Below, piece after piece: positions 10,750 to 24,545 of a stretch of DNA of 64,000 nt. Each line of letters opens with the position of its first letter. Positions within the stretch are counted from its first letter, which is position 1. A program made the position numbers and the translations under genes. The notes beneath the pieces were generated by a model. That model did not search any database. It saw nothing but the letters and a program-made list of their open reading frames with translations, and was not told the origin of the DNA. Source of the DNA: Heteronotia binoei (taxonomy: Eukaryota); assembly GCF_032191835.1 (NCBI RefSeq), contig NC_083234.1, forward strand, positions 48,918,001-48,982,000, written 5' to 3'.

Positions 10750-12187
10750 CTGCAGAAGAGAGTTAAGCAGGGGCTTGCCCTGAACGTGGATGAATCATTT
10801 GTATGTAGTGCAGTCAGGGAATGTGGGCCACTCTGGGAAATCCAAAAGGTGTAATAAGGGGCCTGGGGCCTGCACTTGATAGTACTGAGCTAGACCTTGG
10901 CCTGACCCTACAAGGCTTAAGTGTCAAACTATGCCAGGCAACAGCAGAACTGGGAAGGGAACATGTAAAATGTGGCTCCTGGTAAATCCTTTTTAAATTT
11001 ATTTATGAACTGTCTTTCTACCTTACTGAACTGAAGGAGCTTACACTGTAAACAGAACAATACCCATAATGATACAAACCCCCCCCCCCCCATTTAAGAC
11101 AGCCAATAAATAGAAAAACTAAATTAATCAAAGGGAGTATCCAGTAGACAGTAACATGATGTTGTTAACTGGACAACTAGAATCTGATTATGGAATCATG
11201 ATGCTGTATGTAACTAAGACAGTGAATAATCTAAATTTGAATGTGTTAATTTTAGAGTCCTTGACTGCTTTTAACTTGTAAGTTGCTGTAATTGTAATGG
11301 CCAATGGCTTTACACAATTAATTTTACTGAAATGAAATTAATCAAATGCTGTCCTAAAGAAAGCCATCCTGTTATTCCCACTACCAGATCAGTAAAATTT
11401 ACAGCAGGTTAACTACCAGCCTATGAAGACTTACAGCAAGGACAAAGCAAAGAGGGCCATTCAACAAGCCAAGGCTGTGCCCCTGCCAGTTCAGCCTACC
11501 TTGGGTATCACAGTGTCACACAACTTAGATGGAGCTTTCTGCATAAGGTAGGAAGGCCTAGCCTGCCTAGCCTTACTGGCCAGAATGGCTCCTGCCATTC
11601 TGTGCCAAGCCTACACCACTCAATTTGGATACCACTTGTAGAAAAAGCAGTCAACTAAATGTAAAAGCACTTCCTTCTGGTTCCAGAGCCCAAAGAGAGA
11701 AGCAACTGGCCAAGGGTGGGAAGAGAGAAGCAAATGGCCAGGAGTCATAGGTTGGGCTGCTGTGGAGCATGGCCAGAATGCTCAGGGCAGGTGAGTGTCA
11801 CAACAGGAAACCAAGGATTTCATAGACATGAACTCCAAGAAATCCAGTATATAACACCCAAAACTTCAAAATAGGGTTGAAAATGGCAATCCAGCCCCAC
11901 ACCCATTCCAGTTCTGGTGGACATAAACTAGGGGAGATCAGACAGGGTATGGTAGAAAAGGAAGGGCTGGGAGTTGCCAGGCCTCTCATCATGGTATGGT
12001 GGGCAGGAGGTTGGCATCTGTGCGTCTGATACACCCTGATCTGTGAGTGAGAGGCAGCATGAAAGAATGGAGGGAGTAAGAAGGTGGAATAGGAGACAGA
12101 GGGCACAGTCAGGAGCCTTGACACTTCAGGGTGAGTGACCAAACATCTTTCAGTGGGATTGTTTGCCTCCTCACGTTGCCAACATAC

Positions 12188-12323
12188 TCAACGGTGATGT
12201 GGGGAAGACGGAAGGAGCAGTGCTGGCCATAAAATCTGCAATCTGCCGGAGGGCCCAGATATTGGAGTTGTTTCCTTTCTTCATCTGCTCTTGGATGAGA
12301 CTCTCCAACTCCTCCCTGAAAGA
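12188..12323 (-). CDS. ADD2: Beta-adducin coding exon 2 ([45 protein letters not shown])
   Basis: 136 bp, phase 0/1, TTTTTCAG acceptor, GTATG donor; not captured in frame by the ORF track. Confidence 0.96.
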
Positions 12324-12548
12324 CTGAAAAACACCAGACACGCACACTGAATGATCCAGGCTTCCACAGCTGGATCTCCTTCCTTTGGAGAGCTTCTTAA
12401 AAATGGCTCAAGGCTTGGCCCTACTGATGGCAGCACCACTTAGAATCAGAAAGGAGGCAAAGGGTACGTGGAAGGATCTAATACCCCATAATGGAAAGGG
12501 GGGGATATAAAATAAAATAAACAAGTGGCTTCCAAACTTTGTGTATGG

Positions 12549-12569
12549 GTGTGTGTGTGTGTGTGTGTG
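12549..12569. repeat. (GT)n microsatellite
   Basis: Direct reading. Confidence 0.9.
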
Positions 12570-13519
12570 GCCCTCAGAATCTTATTGAGGGATCCTCAGG
12601 AAGAGGACTGGCAATTGCCCACTGCAATTGGTCTTCCCCTGTAATATGCTCCTGTAGAGGATTATTAGGTATGCTCTAGGTGCACTTTTTGTTAAGACTG
12701 AGGGGAGCACACAATGAGGGCCAACAGGCCTGGCCAGCACCCTGCCTGAACAGAATATGTACAATAGAACACTCTTTAGAATCTTCTACGATGTGCTGGC
12801 AGTCTGTCACAGGCAAGTCTTTGTGGAAAGGGCACTCTGAAGACGGAAAGCGTGAAAGGAATGAAAGAGGAGTTGGATTAACCATCTTCCACCTATTTGC
12901 CTCTCTCCTTCTCCATTAGATGTGCCTCCTTGACTGTTCGGCACACTCCTTGATCCATTAATAGCCACACAAGCTGTTACTGTACAGGCATCAGCTCTAC
13001 CCATGTAGTCTTGGAAACCAGCTATGGGTTTTCAGAAGTGATTTTAAAAATCCCTCCTTGCTCGATAATGCTAAAGGGGCAGTTGTGTTAGTCAGTAGCC
13101 TCAAGTTGAAACTGGAGTCCAGTGGTTCTTTAAAGACTACGAAGAAAAAAGTATTCAAGCACAAGCTTATGCTGGAATAAATTCTGTTAGTCTTTAATGT
13201 GCCATTGGTCCCTGGTTAACATATGAAGCTGCCTTCTACTGAATCAGACCCTCCTTGGTCCATCAAAGTCAGTATTGTCTTCTCAGACTGGCAGCGGCTC
13301 TCCAGGGTCTCAAGCTGAGGTTTTTCACACCTATTTGGCTGGTTCTTCTTGCCTGAGGCATCCTTTTTTGGGTGCTTCCAAAATGTTCATCCAGCAGGCT
13401 GCAAAAGCACCATTCAGATATTTACCTGAGGACTACATACAGCCCTTGCCCTTTCGCAGAACTTCAGCTTATAGCTGGTACTTTATTTCTTCATTTTTGT
13501 TGCCCTTCCTGCAAGCAGC

Positions 13520-13650
13520 TCAGGGTGTCACCCAGGATTCTCTCTTGCCCATTTCATCCTCACAACACCCATGTAAAGTAAGTTCTGCTGAGACAGTGAC
13601 TGGTGCACAGTTGCTGTGCATCTCTAGTCTACAATCTAACCACTGTACCA
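13520..13650 (-). mobile_element. Degraded squamate tRNA-derived SINE; similar copies at ~25215-25400(+), 39585-39723(-), 40255-40390(+), 44810-44950(+), 54590-54750(-)
   Basis: Shared core GGGTGACCTTGGGCCAGTCAC..CTCTCAGCCTAA..CTCACAGG in degenerate form. Confidence 0.55.
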
Positions 13651-14369
13651 CACAGACTCTGTTAGCACCACACCCTGTACACATGACAGCCACCCCTGTT
13701 CACCAAATGCATGAGGATGTCAAGTGCAAGTGGGTGTGCTGGTCCCACCCCCTGCCTCTGTGCAATCATCTAGTCATCTGCAGTCATGCAAAGGAAGCAG
13801 CTGTGCAAGCTCTCCCTCTCTGGGATCAGTGACACTGGTTTAGAACATTGCTGATCCCAAGGAGGGAGAGCTTGCACGGACTCTTTCTCCAAGTGCCTTT
13901 GCCCTTGCAGTTGACCCGGCACTTTCACTCCTGCGCTCCTTTCCTGTGCATTCAGTGGACACCTGGGGTGGCTGTGAGCACCAGGCTTTTGTTAAGTGGA
14001 GGCTTGGCCTGGACATCACTACTCGGCTCTAGGAATGACAAGGAAAGAAGACAGGTGAATAAAGAAGCCTCTTGCACAGCACTCAGCCCAAATAGATCAC
14101 TTTAGTGCTTTCTAGGCAGGGTTGCCAAGGGGATTCATCAGGACAAAATTCTAGGCGCCCTGATCATCCTGAGGGCTCTATTTGTTTCCCTAGGATACTT
14201 GGGCTGTGGTGAGGGAATCTCAGCTTGGGGGGTTTCTTGACAGATGCTATACATCCAGGCCATGCTCTGGGCAAAGTGAATTCTGCTGTTCTTGCTAACT
14301 CTGCTGAGGTTGCCCCCTCCCACCTGCCCAGCTTGTGGTGGGTTCACCACCGAGTTCGAAGGTACTTAC

Positions 14370-14552
14370 AGGGCTTTGTAGAATCATGGTGACTCTTTTC
14401 TTCTGTTCCATCAGGTTGAAATCCTGGCGGAGGTCAGCAGCCATGTTCCTGATGCGCAAGTACTCAGGGTCATCTTCAGAGAACTGGTCGAAGTAATGCT
14501 GACCCTGGGAGGGCAAGGAGGAGACTTCCTCGGGGATGGTTTCGTTACTCAT
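14370..14552 (-). CDS. ADD2: Beta-adducin first coding exon ([61 protein letters not shown]); the exon starts at 14581 with 29 nt of 5' UTR
   Basis: 183 coding bp; ATG in ACAAGATGA context; acceptor CCCTGCAG, donor GTAAGT; the N-terminus ([16 protein letters not shown]) fits beta-adducin. Confidence 0.97.
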
Positions 14553-15503
14553 CTTGTAATCTATAGTTTGCTTTGGGGGACCTGCAGGGAGACAGAAAGG
14601 CTCCACTGATAATTGTCTTTCCAATATCATCAAAGATCTGGTAATACACCAACACTCTAGTGGGAGGTGAGCAGCTTTTGAAAAGAGGATTCGATGTGAA
14701 GCTCAAAAGCACATATGTTCTCCCATGCAAATGAGGGGGAGGAAGCACAGCAGTGCATGGGAACCAGGTAGTAAAGCAGCAAGGTCAAACCCTGCCCTAT
14801 GTTGGGTGGCTCAGCTCTCACTGTCAGCTATCCCTTCATTGGGCTGCTATGTGTGTGCCCATGCTGAAACCACTCTGCCCATCATAATGATGGATATCTG
14901 GATAGGTGTCAATGGCCAATTGTGTGAAGACAAAGGGCTTGTACCATAGCAGAGACTCCTACTGGGACATAGCATGCATCTTCTCTCCTCCCCAGGGCCC
15001 CTAATGGCAAAAATCTGGCTTTTTCAAATGTGGTAAGCAAGCACACTCCCCGGGTGATCCCACAATGCAACTCTTTCTTGCTTCCTCCTTCAGGAATGCA
15101 TGGCAACCATTTATAGAAAGATACACATGGAGGATCTCCTCCATCAAAACCAAACTGTCATTTTGTCCTTTGTGCATTGCATTTTCTCTTGTTTCCATAG
15201 GCATTTGTTTTCAAATTTTGACATGCTGCCCACTCTTTACAGTATTTGGCAATGAATGCAACAAAAATAGCTCTTAGCAGCACTAGGTGGATTTCATACC
15301 CATCCAAGATGACAGCAATAAAAACAGGGTGCAGGGTTCCTTAAGAGCAATTGCAGCTTTAATGGCACTAAGCTGACACAAAGTCCCTGACTAAATTATA
15401 CATTGCTGCTACTATTCCCTGTTCTTAGCAGTCTTTAGAGGCCATATGTTTAATTACAATCAGTGTGGCAGGCCTGCAATGCAAAGGCACAACGGTGACT
15501 TAC

Positions 15504-15598
15504 TCCCAGCCAGAACAGGTGCCCATAACCACAAGCTGGCACAAGGAATGACCCCATACAAGACTCCAAGACTTGCAAAGAGGTACTTGTCTGGTAGC
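15504..15598 (-). other. ADD2: Candidate 95-nt non-coding 5' UTR exon of ADD2
   Basis: Acceptor TTGCCTTTCTCACCACAG and donor GGA|GTAAGT, ~0.9 kb upstream of the first coding exon; no transcript evidence. Confidence 0.4.
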
Positions 15599-18318
15599 CT
15601 GTGGTGAGAAAGGCAATCTCCTGAAGGCAATCACACAGGGAAACTTTTTTTTTTGAAGTTGTATCTCCTTGGTAGGGCAAAGTGTATCTTTCAAGACTGA
15701 ACTACAGTGCAATATTTCAACTGCTGGGAATCTGTTTGCTAAAGAACAAGCCACTCACTGTCCATCACACAAAAGTACTTTTCCACATGCAATTAACATT
15801 GGTGGAAACATGAAACACTTTTGGAAAGCAGTAGTGCAACACTGCTAGCTATAAAAGATACAAAAGGAAGGGAGAAACTTACAGGAAAAGGACACCTGAT
15901 AGAAAGCTAGGGAGCAGCAACGCTTTCCAGCCTGTCTTTCCTCTTTGCACTCCTCTCCAGTTTTCAGTGTCCTTCTAGGGCCTCAAGTACCCTATTGGGA
16001 GTTTTCTGGATTTAGACAATATGATCCTCCTCCAGCTACCATGTTCCAAACCCAAAAGCCACAAAGGCATCTTCCATCAATTGCAAAACAGAATCACTTT
16101 CCCTTTCCTCCCACTCACACAAAACAGTGGCATCACTCCTGTTGCCTAGTTACGCAGATGTATCAGCCACCTAAAAATAAAGATCTGCACGGAATTAAAG
16201 TGTTGGAAGCTAGAAGAGGCTTCCTGCGGAAGTAAAACGGCTCATTTAAGGCAAGCAGCAAATCTACTGGTGGCACTTCAAAAGGCTGGGCTGGATAACT
16301 AAGGACACCTAAGGGAATGACTTCACCAATCCTTTACAAAAGAGGGACTGCAAATTCCTTTCTTGTTCAGAACCTTCTCTGGCAAATACGCCATGAAGCC
16401 CACCTTTATGGCTCCTCTTAAGTGAGTGGAGGAATACTTACATAGATGTTGCCACATCAATGGTCCTCCCCTAGTGATCCCCAACATGGTGTGCTGATAC
16501 TTGTTCTAGCACACACTTGCTTCCCTGCCTCCTCACCACTCAGTTGACAGGTGTAAAATAAGGGTCAGTCAATTCCATTGTGCAGCAATATGTGCTACTT
16601 TAGAGGCAGACTTAGTTGGGGCAGAATTCTTAAGAGAGGGATAAGGGGAGGGGGGAAATGGGAGAAGCAGAAAGTAATTTCCAGGGTGCTCCTTGCTCAG
16701 GACCCAGCCCCTTCAGCAACATTCAATCTGTCATATGGTGCTTGCCTCCCTCCCTCCTTGCTCTCTGGCCCTTTCCTGCCCCACCTAGCACCTTCCTCAG
16801 CCTAGCAGTGCCTCTTTATTCTGGCAGCTGTAGTCTACTCATCTGTCTGCCAGTGGCCATTACATGCCACCTGCAGCCACCCTCTTTCCCTCACTTTGCC
16901 CTACCACATTGGGAAGATGGTGTCAGTGCCTGTTCCACTGCTATGCCCTCCTTACCCCATGAAAAGCAAGGAAGAGGGCTCTAGTCTCTAACTCTGAGAA
17001 AAAGAGGAGGCAACCCAGAGGCTTCCCCTATACTTCTCCATGATCACAACCACCCAACTTGCCAAGTTTATTACCTGAGCTGATGCAAACCTCACTTGCT
17101 TCTTGGGGGCAAGATGCCCTTATTTGTGCCCCTACATTTCAAGGATTCCCTGGTGGTTGCTTCTGTTTCCTCCCCAGCTCAGGAAATGTCTATGTGAAAT
17201 GCAGAGCATTGCTGCTTCCCCTCAGATCACTCTTTTTTGCTTTGTGTGTGTTTTAAACTTTGGGGTAGCTGCATGAAACAACCAAACTACCTAATTGTCA
17301 GATGTGCAAAATGTAGAGGATTTTAATTAGACTCATTCACTGGAGTGTGGTGTGCTTAGTAATAACTAGGGAGAAGGAAAATGGTTTGGCAGAGGTGGGG
17401 AGGAGAGAGAAAAGCACTGTTGTCTGTTTTTGTGTATACTGATTTTTCAAGAGAAACACATCCATGGTAGCCATTTTCTAGTGGCACCCATTACCCTCTC
17501 TCAAAATTCCAAAAGCTTCAACAGGATGGGCAACCCCATAGACAGACCAATTATTCTGGGGGAGAATAAGCAGACCATCAAGGACAGCACAATAGTAAGA
17601 ATATTGTCAGTTTAGGAATCTGGTACTGAAAAACAGGCCTTGAAAGCTTAATGATCATTATGGGATCTTATATTTTCCTTCAAATCAGTTTCCTTTTCAG
17701 AGTGACTTTTCATGCAAAATCTCGTTATGCACTACGTTTCTATACAAAAGCAACTTCTCTTTCTTCTTTGTTAAAAAGTACTCTAATTCTTGTTCTTTGT
17801 CACTTACAGAAGCTTCACCCCCAACTTTTGACTCTACAAACAGTCCTGATTTAAAAGTATGTAGGCATACCTCTTGCCAAAATATGGGAAAATTACATGC
17901 ACAGTAATTTTCTATGGACATATGAACAATCTAACACAATTATGGATGAGAACCAACTAGGGTTGCTAGGTCTCTCCAGGTCTAGGTTGGGAAACTCCTG
18001 GAGATTTGGGGATGGAGTGAGGGGAGAACAGGGACCTCAGTGGAGTACAATGCCCTAGAGTCCACTCTCTGAAGCATCTATTTTCTCCAGGGGTATCTGG
18101 AGATGAGATGTAATTCTGGGGATTCCGAGGTCCTACCTGGAGGCTGGCATCCTTAGCAGCAATGCTGTCAGAACCTTGACTGGATCCTCTTAGTACTGTG
18201 AAGGACCGTTTCTGTTTTGAAAGAGTCTTTGGTAGCTGCATGATAGGAAAGCATCTGGTTGCTTTTTATTTCACTGCTACAGTTTTGCACCTCAAAAAAG
18301 AAACAGTGACTGCTTTTT

Positions 18319-18522
18319 AGGGCTGCCAACTCTGGGTTGGGAAATTCCTGAAGATTTGGGGATGGGGGTGGAGCCTGGGGAGGGACAGAATCTCTGCGAG
18401 TATAATATCATACAAATCACCCTCCAAAACAGCCATGATATCCAGGGGAACAGATTTATGTTATCTGAAGACAGTTGTAATTCTGGAGGATTTCTAAGCC
18501 CCACTTGGAGGATGGCAACCCT
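18319..18522. mobile_element. Representative ~200-bp TAGGGTTGCC...GGCAACCCTA hAT-like MITE; related copies at ~5335, 17958, 19465, 19997, 23095, 26185-26782, 39014, 43636, 43879, 45820, 46330-46717, 56280, 59400, 63615
   Basis: Shared internal core CCATTTTCTCCAGGGGAACTGATCTCTGTAGTCTGGAGATCAGTTGTAATTC in both orientations and GGGTTGCC/GGCAACCC termini. Confidence 0.75.
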
Positions 18523-20319
18523 AGCTGCTCTACTTCTTGGGGAGTGCCAGAAGCCCACAGAAAGGAAAACCATTCCTCTCTTTAAACCTCCCTGCAGACA
18601 TGGAAAAGGAGGAAGTCACAGCTGAACTGGCTGAGATTAGTTTTGTAGAGGGTGTGGGGTTGGAGGAAGGGCAATATCCATCAGTATTTAGGGGCACTTT
18701 CTGGAACACCAGCCACTTCCCACACAGAGAGGCCTGGCCTGGTCCAAACATAACAGGTAAACCATGGTGCCATGGGGCACCTGCCATGGCTATGGAAACC
18801 AATGCACAAAAGCTTCTTTAGCAGCTCTTCAGCAGGGCAATGCTCCCTGCGTGGCAGATCTACTCTGCCCATAGGCACAGTTAGAAATGAAAGGAAACAA
18901 AGAAGAGAAATACAGGTGTTTAAAAATGAGAAAAACGGTATCCTTTTGAAATGTTAATCACGTAACATTATGCTACCCAAGGTGGGGAGGACTTCAATTC
19001 AGAGGTTGGTAGAAAAGCCTCTGGGCCAACTTTGCTCACACTGTTAGTTTAGGTTATTGCACACTTGCAATCCCTCCTCTCCCAAAAAAAAACAAAATCC
19101 CTGGCATCAGAGCCAGCGGGACCATTAGAAGCTTTTACACAATAGGGGCTGGCAGGAAGAATTGTCCCTGCAAGTACGGTGTTTTGTGTTGCCAATGCAA
19201 TAGAGCTGCATGAGCACATTTTTGCAGGCACAGATCACTTTTAGCTTGGTTGGCTGCTTTCCTGTCCACAGACAGCCTACCATGCAGTGCGATCACTACT
19301 TCAAATCTGCCCTCAAGGCCACATAATATGCAGCAGACAGATCCCAGCTGCCAAATGATGGCCTGTCCATTTTTAAGGCATGATGGGAATGTGAGATTAG
19401 ATTTTCTGCTAGGGGGAGATTCCTTCTGTTCCACTACCCCCCCCCCAACTGATCTTTTCAGCCAACCTTCATGTGGGATTTGGAAGTTCTCCACAATTAC
19501 AGCTAATCTCCAGACTACAGAGATCAGTTCTCCTGGAAAAAATGGCCACTTCAGAAGAAAAACTCTATGACATAACAAGGTTAAATCCCTCCCTAAATTC
19601 TACTCTCCATAAACACTGCCTCCAAATCTTCAGGAATTTCCCAGGCCAGAGTTGGCAACCCTATTTCAGTTTCAGAAACCTCAGCACATCTAATGCCTGC
19701 AGTCTCATTAAGTATACTTAAACTATGGGCTGATCACTAGCCATTCTGGAAAGGCTGAAGGCTGGAGCAGAGAGGGTGGGCAAGGCTTTGAGAAACCTCA
19801 GGACAGGGTGTAGTGGGGCAAGGTCAAAGTTTCTGGTGCCTAGAGGTCAGGGCTTTGGCTTTCTCCTCATGACTAGCAGCACAAGAACAAATTGCACAAA
19901 AGGCAAAAGATGCAAAATTTCCCTAACTTACCCAAATTGCATTAGTCAGCTTTTCTTGGTGCAAAATTTATTAGTTTTTTTAAGTGCTGAGAACTAAGCT
20001 TGCCAGCTCCAGGTTGGAAAATTCCACCCTCCAAAAAGTCCCACCCTCTAAAGCAGCCATTTTCTCCAGTGGAATAGATCCCTGTGGTTTGCAGATGAGT
20101 TCTAATTCTGGGAGATCTCCAGCTCCTACCTCGAGGTTTTCGAACCTGCTCTCCATATTACAATATCCTGCCTTTTATCCAAGGACATATATTGTTCACG
20201 CCTCCATTTAATCTTAAAATTAACAACCCTGTGAGGTAGGTTAGGAAGAGAGTCTGAAGTTGTCTGATGAGCTTCAAGGTTAAGCAGAAAGCTAAAATTA
20301 GGTCATCACCCCAATCCTA

Positions 20320-20341
20320 TCTCTCTCTCTCTCTCTCTCTC
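20320..20341. repeat. (CT)n microsatellite
   Basis: Direct reading. Confidence 0.9.
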
Positions 20342-22699
20342 CTGCTCCCTGTCCCCCGAATGGGGCTCAGGGAGCTTAACAGCATATAAAACACACTCAA
20401 AAACAATACAAATCCTAATCAAAATCTATCCAGTATTAAGTAGGATAGGCTGCATGGATGGTGAAGACACAGCTGAATCATGCCAGGTGGACCACACAAC
20501 CACTCAAAGGCTGTTTGCAAAAGAGCAGCCTTGCATGTCCTCTGACTACAGAATTCCTGGTGATTCCAATAAGTATGTATGTCACTTCCAGGTAGCTCTA
20601 GGAATCACCCAGAACTCTATGGCCAGAACTTCCAGTAAGTAACTGAGGTCTCATTTTTCTTTTTAATTTTTATCCCCAGGAAGATTGCCCCCTGCTCTAG
20701 CCCCAATTTCCACCTGCCACTTAGCTGAGCACCTATAAGCTAGGCCTGCAGATGCCTGGAGGTCTCCCACTAATATACACTCAAATGGGAACTGTACTGC
20801 CACCACAGCACAAAGATCTTCTCTGTGTGACTGATGGCAAACTGGGGCAACCACTTTGTATCTCCTGCAGCAGCCATTTTATGGCAGACATTTTGCAGCT
20901 GTGTCCACCACGCTGTGTCAGAATTCCAAAGGTGTCTGCAGGCTCAAAAAGATTGCGGGGGGCGGGGGAGGGGGCAACTAACCAATACACAACACTGACT
21001 CTGCAATCAGCTGTAATAGTGTTTTGCTGAGGCACAGCATCCTTCTTCACAGGGACTCCTCAGAGAGGAAACGAACATGTAACATCAGCCCTTTTAATTG
21101 GTAGACAAGATGACTTCTTTGACTTGGTCAGGCCTAGTATGAAAACTTGGAAGGCTTAAACTCAGTGCCTCTGCCTGGTCAACAAAGCAATTACTTTCTT
21201 CACACTCCAAGAATAGCAACTGACCTCAAAGATTCTGGTCTTGAGAACACCCCCTCCCCTACGTCCAGCCACCCCAGGGCCTCAACCTTGACTGCATACA
21301 TCACTTTTGACTGGCTCCTTTTAATTTTTCCCTTTAAAGTTCCCTAAGTGATCTGACTGGGAAGGAGCAATTAACTGGTAACTAATGGACTTCTGCTCTC
21401 ACCAGTCTGTTGCCTTGGACTACACAAATACTGTCAGCCATCCAGTTTTGAAGATGGGAACCACATGCTTACACTCTTACTGCTATGAGATACACAAAGG
21501 GACCATTGTCTGCATCTATTCAGGGTCAAGAATCCCAGATCAATAGGTATCTGTGCATTGCTTAAGAAGAAGGGGGGGGGGGAGAGAATACACAGACAGG
21601 AGCCATGAATGGAAGACAATGAAACAGATAATGGAAATCACTCACCACAATATGGAAGTTTGCAATGGCAGCACATTAACAAAATGCCAGTTTAGAGCAA
21701 CCTGGTTCCAGGGGACACATTTGCTCTGGCATATGGTGCTTTGGAAATCAAATAATGCCAGGTGGCAGGCATCAGCTAGATATCTCATGCACTGGAGTGG
21801 TCTACTGGGTTTTTAAAAAAAATTACAGGAAAGGAGTCAGTGGGGTAGCATGCGGAGGGAAGGCAGACGGTGGTGGACTAATGAGAAGTGGGAAGTCTCT
21901 TGGAAGTCTCCTTCGGGCTGGGGACCACCAGCAGATGTTGATCCATCAAGCATAAAGTTCTTTGAGGAACAGTCCTGAAAGTATGTTGATTCTAGACTGC
22001 ATAGGGCTTTGAAAGTCAAGACCAGATCCTTGAACCTTATCTCACTCTTTTCTCAATGGGTCAGAACCAGTACACAACTTCTGCTCGTGCTAGAGATCGT
22101 GCCCATTTTTTAAAAAGATAAAAGTCTGCATTAGACATTTGCTTTAGCTAAGCTCATTTCATCCCCTCTTGTGTTTTTACTTATGCAAGCAATTTCTGGG
22201 CACTATAATATATTAGGAAAATGCTGGTGTTGTACAAGATTGTATAAAAGCAGAAGCGCACAACATCCGTTTATGTTTCTTCTGGGATATTGTTGGAGCC
22301 AAGCCAAAATCTCAACAAGGCACTTATCCCATGATTTGTTTATATGCCACAATTATTAAAATGTTATGGATTTCTTCATTAAAATCCTTTACTTTATTTA
22401 TGTAAGTTTAGTTCTGCTTAATCATACCAAAGGTCCATCCTAGTTCAGCAATGTGTTTCCCTTTTCCTAGAGGTGGTGTACAAGACCTAACAGTGCAATC
22501 CTAAACAGAGTTACAACCCTTGTAAGTCCACTTAAATTGATAGGTTTAAAAGGGTGCAAACTTCCGGGAAAGGAAAAGACTGCTTAACCCTTTCTCTAGC
22601 AGACCACCAATTGCTTGCAGGGTGGGAGGGATGGTGAATAGGTGAGGTGTCTTAACACATTAAATACTGACACTGGCCACATTTCACTAATCACAAACT

Positions 22700-22890
22700 C
22701 CTTAGAACATAAGAGAAGCCATGCTGGATCAGGCCAAGGGCTCATCCTGTTCAATACTCTGTCACACAGTGGCCAAAAAAACCCAGATGCCATTAGGAGG
22801 TCCACCAGTGGGGCCAGGACACTAGATGCCCTCTCACTGTTCCCCACCCCACCAAGTACCAAGAATATGGAACATCACTTGCCCCAAACA
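22700..22890 (-). mobile_element. CR1 LINE 3' end fragment (another at ~42170-42290)
   Basis: Reverse complement of the CR1 tail: AGAACATAAGAGAAGCCATGCTGGATCAGGCC...CTGTCACACAGTGGCC. Confidence 0.75.
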
Positions 22891-24431
22891 GAGAGCTCAA
22901 TTGTGTGATGAGTAAATGTGGCCCTCTTTCAATTATGAGCAGAAATATGACAGTGATGCATTGTGAAGTGATTCAGATTAGAGGGCAATACAGACAGTCA
23001 CTCTAAGGCAGCGTCAGTATCACAAGGATTCTTTGCATCCTTTTCCTTATTTCTGCAAATGGAGAGGCATATGCGTTTCACACAAGCATTTTCTGTGCAC
23101 TCCAGGATAGCCAGTCTCCAGGTAGAGTCTGGAGACTGCCTAGAATTACAGCTGATCTCCAGACTACAGAGATCAGCTCCCCTGGAGAAAATGGCCGCTT
23201 CAGAAGGTGAACTGTGGCATCACAGCTCCCCAAACTCTCTTTCTCAGCTACTGCCCCCACTTCTGGAATTTCCCAAACTGGAGTTGGCAATTCTAACCTT
23301 CTCCTCCTCCAGCTTCTTCCTTCCACATGTGCTCAATAGCAATTCTGCACTGGCTCTTGGAAGCATACTCATCACACTGCTGTGGCAACTTTCCACCCCT
23401 CCTTCTTCATTCTTTTCTTTATGTCACAGCCCCACTAATGGTTCTGCTAAAAATTCACAATAGATAAGTGGCAATAGATCATTAGAGTACTGATTTAAAA
23501 TTTTAAAAAGCCCTGTGGTGGCATCTCAGCAAAGAAGATGTTGGGGGAAATGGCACTCATGAAGAGCTGACAGCTGGAAAATGGCACTGATGTGGGCAAG
23601 CCCTGAAAAGGGCAGGAAAACACATACCATGTCTTCCAGAAAGCAAGGCATGCTCATGTAATTGGACTGCATTCTTTCCCAAAAGAGCAGCACAAACATG
23701 TTTGGAAAAGAGCACAGTGCGTGGAAATTAAAAAGTTAAAATTTAAAAAATGCATGCCATTCAAATGCCAGTGTGGAAAAAAATCTCTGTGTGGAAGCAC
23801 CCTCAATCTTACCTCTGGACCCTCCCTGAATATTCTGGTTAACAGATTCTTCTACCCACTGAATTTGAATCCCCTCATGATTTGATTTTGAAAGAGGTTG
23901 TTGATCTAACTGGCATATTTGATTGAGACCTGGCTGGCTGACAGTACCAGTCCTGTTTTGTGGGTCGTTTCAGTTGTGGTTATTTCAGCTGGGTTAGTTG
24001 TCTTTCATCAACCTAATTTGAGAGAATGGAGAAGAGTAGTTGTATAACATTCTGAGAGCGTTTCTCCTTCTGCAGATACCCCCTGCAGTCAGCGATTGTA
24101 TGTTCCCTGTGCTGGGTTCCAAGGACAGGTCAGAAGGAACACTAATGATGCACTGTTGATGCAGATCTCCAGTGGGAGCCCTGATTATGATGGTGATCTT
24201 GAGCTTGATACTGGAGCTACCTCTTAGGAACTCCAACATTCATGCCAAGCATACACTGAGTGGGATGAAGACTAAACTTTCTAATAATGGAAAAGAATTT
24301 CCTCCTCCACAGTTAACTGATCTGAAGAAACTACTGCTCCTAGGGGATCAGGGACTGTGAGAGCGGTCAGAAGGGAGAAAGCACTAGACTTTACCGGTTT
24401 AGTCTGGATTCAGCCCCCATGTTTGGCGGTT

Positions 24432-24545
24432 TCAGAGGGTAGCCATGTTCATCTGCAGTAGAACTGTTAGATTCAAGTCCAGTAGCACCTTAGAGACCAT
24501 CAAATTCTTCAGGGTATAAGCTTTTGAGAGTCAAACCTCTGGCAG
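24432..24545. mobile_element. Possible Penelope-like element terminal remnant (related bits at ~13100-13215, 40560-40620, 63545-63620)
   Basis: Shared motif TTTGTTGGTCTTAAAGGTGCT..TGGACT or its reverse complement; family assignment from memory. Confidence 0.4.
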
